In this document: in pieces, positions 27,974 to 36,429 of the stretch
How positions within the stretch are numbered: the first letter of the stretch is position 1
Layout of the letters: every line of letters starts with the position of its first letter
NCBI GenBank assembly: GCA_046597065.1
Contig: JBKJLI010000002.1
Span: 52,071 to 116,070, forward strand
Length of the DNA stretch: 64,000 nucleotides
Direction: 5' to 3'
From: Candidatus Saccharimonadia bacterium
Lineage (GTDB): Bacteria; Patescibacteriota; Saccharimonadia; UBA4664; SCTI01
Notes under the pieces: generated by a model
Database searches by the model: none
Seen by the model: only the letters and a program-made list of their open reading frames with translations
What the model was told of the DNA's origin: nothing
Position numbers and translations under genes: made by a program

Positions 27974-28369
27974 ATGGCTGTGATTGGCATTGATTATGGT
28001 TCGAAACGAATCGGCGTGGCTGTCAGTTTAGACGGTGAGCGCCCACAGCGCCGGGCTATATTAACCAATGATGAGGGCCTGAATAAGGCTCTAAGAGCGG
28101 CTGTGATCGAGATTGGGGCCAATACCTTGGTAGTGGGGCTTCCACGTAATTTGGACGGCGAGGACACCGCTCAGACAGCCCTGGTGCGTAAATTTGCCTT
28201 AGAACTTGAGTCTTCATTGGGCATCGATGTGGTTTTACAGGATGAAGCCGATACCAGCAACTTGGCGCGTGAGAGGCTGGAGCATCAAGGAATGCGGGGT
28301 GACGAATTATCTGCCGCGCTTGATTCGGAGGCAGCGGTGATTATTTTGGAAGATTATCTTGGAGCCTAA
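27974..28369 (+). CDS. ruvX: Holliday-junction resolvase-like / pre-16S rRNA nuclease RuvX (YqgF)
   Basis: MAVIGIDYGSKRIGVAVS... RNase H-like fold motifs. Confidence 0.85.
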   Translation: MAVIGIDYGSKRIGVAVSLDGERPQRRAILTNDEGLNKALRAAVIEIGANTLVVGLPRNLDGEDTAQTALVRKFALELESSLGIDVVLQDEADTSNLARERLEHQGMRGDELSAALDSEAAVIILEDYLGA

Positions 28370-29360
28370 GCGCTGGATGGTTTGGCTTGGTAGCTTTTTA
28401 CTGATTGTTGTATCCATCATTGTCCTTTTGATGCTGTGGTATCAGCTTCAACTGCGGCCAGTTAATGCAAAGAGCCGCCAGTCGGTTAGCTATACTCTGG
28501 TTGCTGGTACAAAGGTTGATAGGATAGCCGAGCAACTGTATGCCAAAAAATTGATCCGCAGCCAGCAAGCCTTTGTGCTGTTTGTAAGTACAACCGGCCG
28601 CCGCAGTAGGCTGCAGGCGGGTAGTTATGAATTGAGCCCAGCCAACAGTAGCCAAGAAATCGCCGAGATTATCGTTGGTGGTAAGGTGGCAGCCAACCGC
28701 TTGGTAGTGCCAGAGGGGATTACGTTGGCAAAGTTTAAGCGGGTAGCAGAGGAGTATGGGGTCGGCCAAACCGATTTAGTAGAGGCGTTGAACACCAGTT
28801 ACTCAAACAGCTTTTTAGCCAGCCGACCGGCCGGTTTAACTCTTGAAGGCTATCTATTCCCAGATAGTTATGAGTTAACTAAACCGGTGCAAGCCAAGTC
28901 ATTGGTGCAGGCAATGCTCGATAATTTTGGACGTAAATTATCCGCCAGCGATATCGAAAAGCGATACTCTCAGCAGGGGCTGACTTTGCATCAGGGCCTT
29001 ACCTTGGCATCGATTGTTGAAAAGGAGGTATCAAATGATACCGATCGGGCAATGGTAGCTCAGGTGTTCTTAAATCGCCTAAAGATCGGCCAGGCCTTAC
29101 AATCTGATGTGACGGTTGATTACGCCTCCTCGTTGGCTGGAGTTAAATTTAATTTAAGCATTGAGTCTCCATATAACACTTATCGCACTAAGGGCTTGCC
29201 CCCAAGCCCAATCTGTAGCCCCAGCCTTAGTTCGATGCAAGCGGTAGCCCGCCCCCGCCCGAATGATTACCTGTACTTTTTGGCCGATAAGCAGGGTAAA
29301 ACGCATTTTGCCAAGACATTAACCGAGCATGAACAGAACGTTCAAAAGTACCTGCGCTAA
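28359..29360 (+). CDS. mltG: Endolytic murein transglycosylase MltG (YceG family)
   Basis: N-terminal TM and YceG-like domain (SYELSPANS...GLPPSPI...YLYF). Confidence 0.85.
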   Translation: MEPKRWMVWLGSFLLIVVSIIVLLMLWYQLQLRPVNAKSRQSVSYTLVAGTKVDRIAEQLYAKKLIRSQQAFVLFVSTTGRRSRLQAGSYELSPANSSQEIAEIIVGGKVAANRLVVPEGITLAKFKRVAEEYGVGQTDLVEALNTSYSNSFLASRPAGLTLEGYLFPDSYELTKPVQAKSLVQAMLDNFGRKLSASDIEKRYSQQGLTLHQGLTLASIVEKEVSNDTDRAMVAQVFLNRLKIGQALQSDVTVDYASSLAGVKFNLSIESPYNTYRTKGLPPSPICSPSLSSMQAVARPRPNDYLYFLADKQGKTHFAKTLTEHEQNVQKYLR

Positions 29361-29466
29361 CCATAAGCGTAATTTATTAAGCAATATTTTGTCAGAAAAG
29401 TCACTAAAAACTAAAATTACAGTATAAATCTTGACTTAAAGCCTTTACAGAGCCAAAAAAGCTTGG

Positions 29467-29495
29467 TTGACAGTCATCTAGGGGCTTGCTAGTAT
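29467..29495 (+). promoter_or_regulatory. Sigma70-like promoter TTGACA-17-TAGTAT; its upstream flank plus -35 (CTTGGTTGACAGTC) is identical to the promoter at 60775-60788
   Basis: Read directly from the sequence. Confidence 0.5.
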
Positions 29496-29502
29496 TCATT
29501 TT

Positions 29503-29903
29503 GTACATTGATAAACGTAAGCGGTTTCCGACTGTCTAACAGATGGGATCACTTATGCTTATCGGTTGCCTATGCGGCTATCGTACGGAGAATTAACCTA
29601 AGGTCGAACTTCTCCCTCCTTGTAAAAACGCAAGGGAAAGACAGCCAAGTAGAGCCCACATTAAGTCCCGGCACTCGGGATGTGGGGTGGAGAAAGCTCA
29701 TTAGTAGAGAAGTTAGCAGTTCATTGCCTAGCCTCGGCTTCGGCAATCGGAACGCCAATTCCACTTCAAAACTAAAACTCAACCAAATAACCCCCTTGCA
29801 GCAGAGTCGCAAAATTACCGATCCTGCCGCACTGACCCCAATTGGTCAGACCTTGAAAGCTACCAGTTCGGTAGCGGCTAAGGTAACCTCGGTCCCTCGC
29901 ATT
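29503..29903 (+). ncRNA. Long (~400 nt) structured 5' leader of the LysM-CHAP hydrolase gene; candidate cis-regulatory RNA, possibly a ydaO/c-di-AMP-type riboswitch
   Basis: Between promoter and first plausible start. Multiple hairpins (TCCCGG-cac-TCGGGA, ATTGCC...GGCAAT). Segments CCGACTGTCTAAC and GTACGGAGAATTAACC recall ydaO conserved blocks as I remember them. Contains CACTTATGCTTAT. Confidence 0.3.
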
Positions 29904-30878
29904 ATGGCCCACGCGGCTGTTATTGCAGTGGTTGGAGCCGTGGTACTGGGGGGTTCAACCGGCCATTCGGCCCGACTTAGCCCTCTAGCCAATACCAGTA
30001 GTGGTTATGGCTCGGTGCTTGAAAAGGCTGCTGCTGTTGAAGTGGCTGCCAAGGTAGCCGAACAAACTGATCTGTTGGTAAGCACCGACGTTTCCTCCAC
30101 CGCCAAAACTTTGAATGCCTCGGTAACAATGCCGACGGCAGATGATGGCACCTTAGCTTCGCGCCAGGTTGTTGAAACAGCCGGCAATGCCACGCGTGGC
30201 ATTATTAGCTATAAGGTTGTGGCCGGCGACACGCTTTCTAGTGTAGCGGCCCAGTTTAATATCACCACTGATACCGTTCGCTGGGCTAACGGGCTCAAGG
30301 CCGACTCTAATTTAACTCCAGGTCAGGCGTTATCGGTACTCCCTATTTCTGGGCTACAACACGTTGTAGCTGCCGGCGACACCGCCGAAAGTCTTGCTTC
30401 TAAATTTCAATCCAACCCAGATCAGATAATTGCCTTTAATAATGCAGAGGTTTCCGGCCTCAAGCCAGGTAGCACAATTGTTGTGCCCGACGGCGTGATT
30501 GTAGAAGCCGCTCCTACACCAGTAGCCGCCGCACCGGTAAGGGTGGCGGTTAGTGCACCAATCCGCTTTAGCGGCGGGGCTAACGGGTACTCGTATGGTT
30601 ACTGCACCTATTATGTGGCTAGTCGACGATCGGTATCGGGCAGTTGGGGAAACGCCTACAGCTGGCTGTATGCTGCTCAAGCCGATGGCTACGGCGTTGG
30701 TAGTGCTCCACGACCAGGTGCCATTGCTTGGACCGGCGCCGGTTACTATGGCCATGTAGCCTACGTAGAGAGCGTTAGCGGCGGAATGGTGACCGTTTCC
30801 GAAATGAACTATAACGGCAACTGGAACCGCGTAACCAGCCGTACTGTATCGGCCTCTAGCTTCCGCTACATTTACTAA
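29904..30878 (+). CDS. Peptidoglycan hydrolase: N-terminal TM, two LysM domains, C-terminal CHAP domain. Start uncertain; the in-frame ORF opens at 29508
   Basis: LysM YKVVAGDTLSSVAAQF and VVAAGDTAESLASKF. CHAP Cys...His region YGYCTYYVA...GHVAYVESV. Confidence 0.8.
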   Translation: MAHAAVIAVVGAVVLGGSTGHSARLSPLANTSSGYGSVLEKAAAVEVAAKVAEQTDLLVSTDVSSTAKTLNASVTMPTADDGTLASRQVVETAGNATRGIISYKVVAGDTLSSVAAQFNITTDTVRWANGLKADSNLTPGQALSVLPISGLQHVVAAGDTAESLASKFQSNPDQIIAFNNAEVSGLKPGSTIVVPDGVIVEAAPTPVAAAPVRVAVSAPIRFSGGANGYSYGYCTYYVASRRSVSGSWGNAYSWLYAAQADGYGVGSAPRPGAIAWTGAGYYGHVAYVESVSGGMVTVSEMNYNGNWNRVTSRTVSASSFRYIY

Positions 30879-30941
30879 AATCAACCACATATCAGAAAAC
30901 CGCTCCTTATCGGGGCGGTTTTCTTTTATACTGATGGAGAT

Positions 30942-32207
30942 ATGTTTACCGATCGTGTTGAAATTCTAATCCAAGCCGGACGTGGTGGCGATGGCCGCCT
31001 GAGTTTTCGTACCGAAAAATACCGACCAAAGGGTGGTCCCGACGGTGGCGATGGTGGTCGCGGTGGAAACATTGTTTTTAGGGTTGATCATAACCTTAAC
31101 ACCCTATCTGCCTTTCGACATAAAAAGCTGCTTAAGTCAGAGCCCGGTGCCATGGGTGGCACCAATCGCCGCCATGGCAAGAATGGTGAGGATTTGATTG
31201 TTAAGGTGCCCCAGGGCACCCTGGTGACCGAGCTTGAAGGAGGAGTAGTGGCTGATTTAAGCGAGTCACAGCAAGAGCTAGTGGTGGCCAAAGGTGGTCG
31301 CGGTGGCTTTGGCAACGCCCACTTTACCAGTTCGGTACGGCAGGCTCCGCGAGCGGTAGAAGTGGGTGAAGCCGGACAGCATTTAGCGGTTACTCTAGAG
31401 CTAAAACTGGTGGCCGATATTGGATTGGTAGGCTTGCCCAATGCCGGCAAGTCAACTTTGTTATCGGTAATAAGTAATGCTAAACCAGAAATTGCCGACT
31501 ATCCCTTTACTACTCTGGTGCCAAATCTGGGTGTGGTAGATATTGATGGCGACTCGGTGATGGTAGCCGACATCCCCGGTTTAATTGAGGGGGCCAGCCA
31601 GGGCAAGGGCTTGGGCGATGACTTTTTACGCCACATTGAGCGCACGGCAGTGATTCTGCATCTGATTGACGCTCACAGCCAGGACGTGGCGGCCGATTAT
31701 AAAACGATTCAGGGGGAGTTAAAAGATTACGCTATAGACTTAACAGCAAAACCTCAACTGGTAGCGCTAACCAAATGCGAGGGTGTTGATGTTAAGGATC
31801 TAAAAGCCAAGCAACTAACGCTAAAAAAAGCCTCAAAGCAAACCATCCAAACGATTTCGGCAGTAGCCGGGCAGGGCGTGACTGAGCTGTTGCGATCGGC
31901 TATGCCTCTTGTAATTGCCGAGCGTCAGCGCCGCGCAGAGCTCCAGGCAGTTGAGGCTGTTCACGTGTTCGACGAAGCCTCTCAGCCAGAACTGTGGCGG
32001 GTGACTTGTGAGGGTCGTATATTCAAGGTTCGGGGAGATAAAATTGAGGGTTTTGCTCGCCGCACAAACTGGGATAACGACGAGTCGGTTGATCGCTTGC
32101 GCGACATTATGCGCAAACAGGGGATTGCCCGCGAACTGCAGCGTTTGGGTATTGAGCACGAGGACATCATCGAGATCGCCGGCCATGAACTGCAGTGGAT
32201 CGGCTAG
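30942..32207 (+). CDS. obg: GTPase Obg/CgtA
   Basis: Obg fold with Gly-rich GGDGG repeats; G1 GLPNAGKST; DIPGLIEGA. Confidence 0.95.
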   Translation: MFTDRVEILIQAGRGGDGRLSFRTEKYRPKGGPDGGDGGRGGNIVFRVDHNLNTLSAFRHKKLLKSEPGAMGGTNRRHGKNGEDLIVKVPQGTLVTELEGGVVADLSESQQELVVAKGGRGGFGNAHFTSSVRQAPRAVEVGEAGQHLAVTLELKLVADIGLVGLPNAGKSTLLSVISNAKPEIADYPFTTLVPNLGVVDIDGDSVMVADIPGLIEGASQGKGLGDDFLRHIERTAVILHLIDAHSQDVAADYKTIQGELKDYAIDLTAKPQLVALTKCEGVDVKDLKAKQLTLKKASKQTIQTISAVAGQGVTELLRSAMPLVIAERQRRAELQAVEAVHVFDEASQPELWRVTCEGRIFKVRGDKIEGFARRTNWDNDESVDRLRDIMRKQGIARELQRLGIEHEDIIEIAGHELQWIG

Positions 32208-32247
32208 TCGAGGCTTCTGCTAGTTTGATACAATCCAGGAGTACCAC

Positions 32248-32323
32248 GGGGATATAGCTCAGCTGATAGAGCGCTGCATTCGCATTGCAGAGGTCGAGGG
32301 TTTGATTCCCTCTATCTCCACCA
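32248..32323 (+). tRNA. tRNA-Ala (anticodon CGC)
   Basis: GGGGATATAGCTCAGCTGATAGAGCGCTGCATTCGCATTGCAG...CCA; G3:U70; anticodon loop TTCGCAT. Confidence 0.9.
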
Positions 32324-32327
32324 GGAA

Positions 32328-32729
32328 TTATTCTTCAATTGGCCAGAAATCGGGTATAAAATCAACGTCGTCCATGACATTTTCGCTATGCGTAGAGATG
32401 ATTAAAAGCTCAACGTCTTCGGGGCCATCATTCCAGGTTGATTGGGCATTGCCGGGGTCTATCCGCAAAATGTCGTTCGGGCCTAAATCGATAATGTCGT
32501 CATTTACCTTCACTTGCACCTTGCCGGAAATTACAAAAATTACCTCTTCTTGGGTTTTATGCAAATGTCCACGGCTTCCCTTGCCTCCAGTCTTGGCTGG
32601 CATGTGCCGGTGAGTTAGGGCGACTTGCCTAGATTCAAGCGGTTTTTTGATGGTTTTGAAATGGCCGGGGTAGTCGCCAGAAATGTCGGGCACCTGGCTA
32701 AGGGATAATTTTTTGTAGCCTTTTTGCAT
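32328..32729 (-). CDS. Cupin-domain protein (start taken at the internal Met with AGGAGG SD; ~133 aa)
   Basis: Cupin-like beta-barrel motifs (HRHMPAKTGGK...EEVIFVISGK). SD AGGAGGccgatATG. Confidence 0.7.
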   Translation of the reverse strand: MQKGYKKLSLSQVPDISGDYPGHFKTIKKPLESRQVALTHRHMPAKTGGKGSRGHLHKTQEEVIFVISGKVQVKVNDDIIDLGPNDILRIDPGNAQSTWNDGPEDVELLIISTHSENVMDDVDFIPDFWPIEE

Positions 32730-32806
32730 ATCGGCCTCCTGTTTTAAACTAGTATGCGTTAGTTGGCGATCAAGTTCGAGCATAACCATTATGTTACAAT
32801 CGCGGT

Positions 32807-32968
32807 ATGGCAAGAAACTTTCTAGATGAAGATGAGCATAAAAAAAGCGTTGGCTATACCGACGGCTTTCGTTTTGGCTTCGGCTTCTTCATCGCTAACT
32901 TGATCGGTATCACCATGGTCATAGCACTGGCGGCCGGCATTAATATATTGCTGCTGCACGCTCGCTAA
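32807..32968 (+). CDS. Possible leaderless small membrane protein (53 aa), not in the ORF track
   Basis: TGTTACAAT lies 6 nt before the ATG. Translation MARNFLDEDEHKKSVGYTDGFRFGFGFFIANLIGITMVIALAAGINILLLHAR. Confidence 0.3.
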   Translation: MARNFLDEDEHKKSVGYTDGFRFGFGFFIANLIGITMVIALAAGINILLLHAR

Positions 32969-33014
32969 CTGGTTGCATCCAGTTGTGATTTTTGGTAGAT
33001 TTACTTGGTTCCAC

Positions 33015-33087
<73 letters not shown>

Positions 33088-33090
<3 letters not shown>

Positions 33091-33104
33091 TTGCACTTAT
33101 GCTT
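33088..33104 (+). repeat. Copy 1 of the CCATTGCACTTATGCTT motif (overlaps the tRNA-Ala CCA end)
   Basis: 17/17 identical to the copy at 45643-45659; 16/16 core shared with 33708-33723. Confidence 0.8.
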
Positions 33105-33148
33105 TCCTTTGATAGTATGGGATTAATAACCTCAAAGGAATAAAAACG

Positions 33149-33664
33149 ATGAGTAATCCAGAAAAAGATACCCAAGTCCCTTCAAGTGGTGAGTCGACTA
33201 CGGATTATTCTCAACTCATGGAACAGGCTAAAGCTGAGAATAGAGGCGCAGAAGACTTGGCAGATGCAACTTCGCCTCGCGAAAAAGCGATCGAGGCAAT
33301 TATTGATGAGAGGGTTGCCGAATTTAAGGATAAAAATCCTAATGCAACTGAACAAGCCATTGATGGGGTCCGCAGGGCACAAGCCAGTGTCATCAGCAGG
33401 CTAATGGAAATGGGGGATCCAGATACACAAATACACCAGTTGTACGCAGATAGGTACAAAGAAAACGCTGAACATTGGAGGCAAAAACTTGAAGCTGGCG
33501 GCTTAAGTGGGGTCGAAGAGGCAAAAGGTAGAGAAGCATTAGCTCATTTTGAGAAAGAAGCACAAGATCGTCAGGACATGGCAGATGGAAAACGCGTAGG
33601 ATCAGGCGACCACGATATTGAGGCAAGTCGCTTGAAGATGCAGGGGATAAATCGAAAAAGATAG
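33149..33664 (+). CDS. Hypothetical acidic/charged protein (171 aa) flanked by two copies of the ATTGCACTTATGCTT motif
   Basis: SD AAAGGAA upstream; no recognisable domain. Confidence 0.5.
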   Translation: MSNPEKDTQVPSSGESTTDYSQLMEQAKAENRGAEDLADATSPREKAIEAIIDERVAEFKDKNPNATEQAIDGVRRAQASVISRLMEMGDPDTQIHQLYADRYKENAEHWRQKLEAGGLSGVEEAKGREALAHFEKEAQDRQDMADGKRVGSGDHDIEASRLKMQGINRKR

Positions 33665-33707
33665 AAATATTTTGGTTTCAATTTAAATAGATTGCAGAAT
33701 CTCGATC

Positions 33708-33724
33708 ATTGCACTTATGCTTAT
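33708..33724 (+). repeat. Copy 2 of the motif (CATTGCACTTATGCTTATGATAG), followed by TTATAA and the ATG of the next gene
   Basis: Exact 16-mer shared with copies 1 and 3. Confidence 0.8.
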
Positions 33725-33738
33725 GATAGAATTATAAG

Positions 33739-34512
33739 ATGTTAAAGAGACTTCTTCGTATCAGATTATCGGTTATGGCGGCGATATTCTTCGGCTTCTT
33801 TATTCTGCTCTTATCATTTGTAAAACAACAGCAACTTACTGCAGGTCAGTTGGCACTATTTTCGGTAAACTCATTTTTGTTCGGCTATTATTTTAACCCA
33901 TTGCTGGGCCGAGCCGAAAATCGCGTGGCTTCATTAAACCGCGCGACTAGGCAGGAAGCCATGACATTACTAGATGTTCTAACACAGGCGCATTTAATTA
34001 GCCAAAAGGCTCGCCATTCGTTAAAAATTCGCATCAAAGTGTATCTTGAAAGTATTATTGATAACACCAATTTGGGCGCCGATAACGTTTACTACGATGA
34101 GCTGCTGTTTTGGAGCAAGCAAACTAAAGGCGAAGACCCGGCGGTGATGGGTTCAATTTACGACAAACTATCTAGCACTCAAGATAATCGTGATACTATG
34201 GCCAACTTATTTGCGACCAAAATTTATAGCCACGAATGGCTGGTGGCGGGTGTGCTTTTCCTAATTACGGTCTACTTTTCGGTGCAGACGCAGTTTGGAG
34301 ATTCGATATTTTTTGAGCTTATGCTGGCAGTGCTTTGTACCGGACTGTGCATGCTGATGGCAATTCTGCTAAAGTACGCCACATTAACACATAAAGAGGC
34401 TAAAAGGATGTGGACCCCGCTAAAAGAGCTCGACAAGCTACATTTAGATGATGTAACGGCAGAAGAGTCGAGTAAAATAAAGGCTCTTATCGACGCACAG
34501 CCGGTATCATGA
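33739..34512 (+). CDS. Hypothetical integral membrane protein (257 aa)
   Basis: Several hydrophobic segments; no motif recognised. Confidence 0.5.
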   Translation: MLKRLLRIRLSVMAAIFFGFFILLLSFVKQQQLTAGQLALFSVNSFLFGYYFNPLLGRAENRVASLNRATRQEAMTLLDVLTQAHLISQKARHSLKIRIKVYLESIIDNTNLGADNVYYDELLFWSKQTKGEDPAVMGSIYDKLSSTQDNRDTMANLFATKIYSHEWLVAGVLFLITVYFSVQTQFGDSIFFELMLAVLCTGLCMLMAILLKYATLTHKEAKRMWTPLKELDKLHLDDVTAEESSKIKALIDAQPVS

Positions 34513-35819
34513 GTGAAAAGTTAAAAAAGTTTTTCCGACTGGCGGTGGCTCGGGTTCTATTTTGGCAGCTTCGACGATTAATTAAGCAACAGCAGATAAA
34601 GGTGGTTGCCGTTGCCGGTAGTGTCGGAAAGACAACTACCAAGCTGGCTATTGCCAAGGTTCTTGAGGCAAAATATCCGGGCAAAGTGTTGGCTCATTCT
34701 GGCAACTTCAACATGGAAATAAGCGTTCCGCTGTCGGTGTTCGACCTGCCACTGCCGCGATCGCTGATGAACCCGCTGGCATGGGTTATGCGCTGGTGGC
34801 AAATAGAGGGCATTATCAATCGAGAAAAGTATCCTTATAAATACGTTGTTGTAGAGTTGGGAATTGACCGAGTTGGACAGATGGGGTTTTACGCCTCCCA
34901 GCTAAAGCCCGATGTTGGCGTGCTTACAGCAATTGCCCCAGAGCATATGGAGTATTTTGGCAATATAGAAACAGTTGGTCGAGAAGAGTTTGGAATCATT
35001 CCAGCCTCTAAAGTGGCGTTGCTAAACGGTGAAGACACCGAAATTGCCAAATTGCTACAGGATTATCATGAACCCATCCAAACTTATGGAGTTAAAAATG
35101 GTGTGTTTCATTTTAAGGACATACAGCGCAGCCATGATCTTAAATTAAGCGGTGAATTATCCTTAGCAGAAGGCAAAATAAGGGTTAAAACTCAAATAAT
35201 CAGTGCAACTGGTTTGGCGGCGCTAGCGGCGGCGGCCGGAGTGGGCGAAGAGTTGGGTTTGGATTTTGCAGAGATAAAGCAGGGGATAGAATTATTTGCC
35301 CCAGTATCCGGCCGTATGCAGTTGCTTCTAGGCAAAAATGACTCACTAATTTTAGATGATAGCTATAATTCAAGCCCAAATGCCACCAAGGCAGCAATCG
35401 AAACGTTGTTGGAATTACAAACCAGTGGCCGGAAAATTGCCATACTTGGCAGCATGAATGAGCTAGGTGAAACTAGTGCTAAAGCTCATCGTGCTCTGGG
35501 CAAACAGGCAGCCAAAGTAGATTTATTGGTGACGATCGGCAAGGAGGCGGGAAAGCACTTAGTCGCTGGGGCGGCCGAAAATGGAGAAAAAGCCGATCAC
35601 ATTCACAGCTTTGACTCCCCCTTTGCGGCTGGACGCTTTGTAGTAGGGATCTTGCAGCCAGGGGATGTTGTAATGGTAAAGGGCTCGCAAAACCGAGTTT
35701 TTAGCGAAGAAGCCGTCGCATTACTACTAGCAAAATCCGCTGATCGCAGCAAACTGGTGCGCCAGGGCACTGAATGGATGAAAATAAAACGCGAGCAGTT
35801 TGAGGATGCTGATGAGTAA
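34509..35819 (+). CDS. murF: Mur ligase family, MurF-like (UDP-MurNAc-tripeptide--D-Ala-D-Ala ligase)
   Basis: VAGSVGKTTTKLAIAKVL P-loop; LLDDSYNSSPNATKAAIETL motif. Confidence 0.75.
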   Translation: MSEKLKKFFRLAVARVLFWQLRRLIKQQQIKVVAVAGSVGKTTTKLAIAKVLEAKYPGKVLAHSGNFNMEISVPLSVFDLPLPRSLMNPLAWVMRWWQIEGIINREKYPYKYVVVELGIDRVGQMGFYASQLKPDVGVLTAIAPEHMEYFGNIETVGREEFGIIPASKVALLNGEDTEIAKLLQDYHEPIQTYGVKNGVFHFKDIQRSHDLKLSGELSLAEGKIRVKTQIISATGLAALAAAAGVGEELGLDFAEIKQGIELFAPVSGRMQLLLGKNDSLILDDSYNSSPNATKAAIETLLELQTSGRKIAILGSMNELGETSAKAHRALGKQAAKVDLLVTIGKEAGKHLVAGAAENGEKADHIHSFDSPFAAGRFVVGILQPGDVVMVKGSQNRVFSEEAVALLLAKSADRSKLVRQGTEWMKIKREQFEDADE

Positions 35820-36393
35820 ACCAATCGAGCGCTTTACCCTGCAATCGATGAATCAGCGACTAGGCGCCGACGAGGCTAAGCGCTACTGTCTGCCATTATG
35901 CTTCTACATGTTGCTACGTGCGGCAGATAAGATTGATCCAAATTTTAGCCACATCGATTTTTGCGCCGATATCAGTCGTGAAGCCTTTAGCACAACTAAC
36001 TCCGATTGGAGTCGACCGGCAATGTCTAAACTGGTGCGAAAAAAGTACGGCGTCGACGTAATTTCGTGGCATCTTAAGGGCGGTGGCAACATAGAGCCAA
36101 TGGTAAAGTCGGGCTACGTAGATTCTACGGTTGAAATTGAGTTTTTTCAGCGACAGATTTTAGATAAAAGTGTTGAACAGGTGGTGCGTTCGGGTATGCC
36201 GGTGATCGTAACCATGTCGGGCGGCTTTGACCACGGTGGTAGTAACATTCATGCGATTATTATCGCAAGTTGGAGCGATGAGGAGGTTGTGATAGTTGAT
36301 CCAGATGAACGTAACCCTAAAAATCGATATCAGCCGGACTATATTCAACGATTTATTAGCACAAATGGCGCCGGAACCATCATCCTGCCCTAG
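35800..36393 (+). CDS. Hypothetical protein with a papain-like Cys...His...Asp arrangement (C39/BtrH-like peptidase fold?)
   Basis: RYCLPLC near the N-terminus; HAIIIASW...DPDERNP near the C-terminus. Start uncertain. Confidence 0.4.
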   Translation: MRMLMSKPIERFTLQSMNQRLGADEAKRYCLPLCFYMLLRAADKIDPNFSHIDFCADISREAFSTTNSDWSRPAMSKLVRKKYGVDVISWHLKGGGNIEPMVKSGYVDSTVEIEFFQRQILDKSVEQVVRSGMPVIVTMSGGFDHGGSNIHAIIIASWSDEEVVIVDPDERNPKNRYQPDYIQRFISTNGAGTIILP

Positions 36394-36429
36394 CCTCAAT
36401 CTGTCAGGCTTCTGGTACAATACGAAGCA

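Noticed and set aside
29508-29903. In-frame N-terminal extension of the LysM-CHAP ORF back to 29508
   Set aside because: There is no SD. The composition is non-protein-like (MINVSGFRLSNRWDHLCLS...) and it begins only ~10 nt after the predicted TSS, inside hairpin-rich RNA. It was interpreted as an untranslated structured leader, with the start at 29904 still uncertain.
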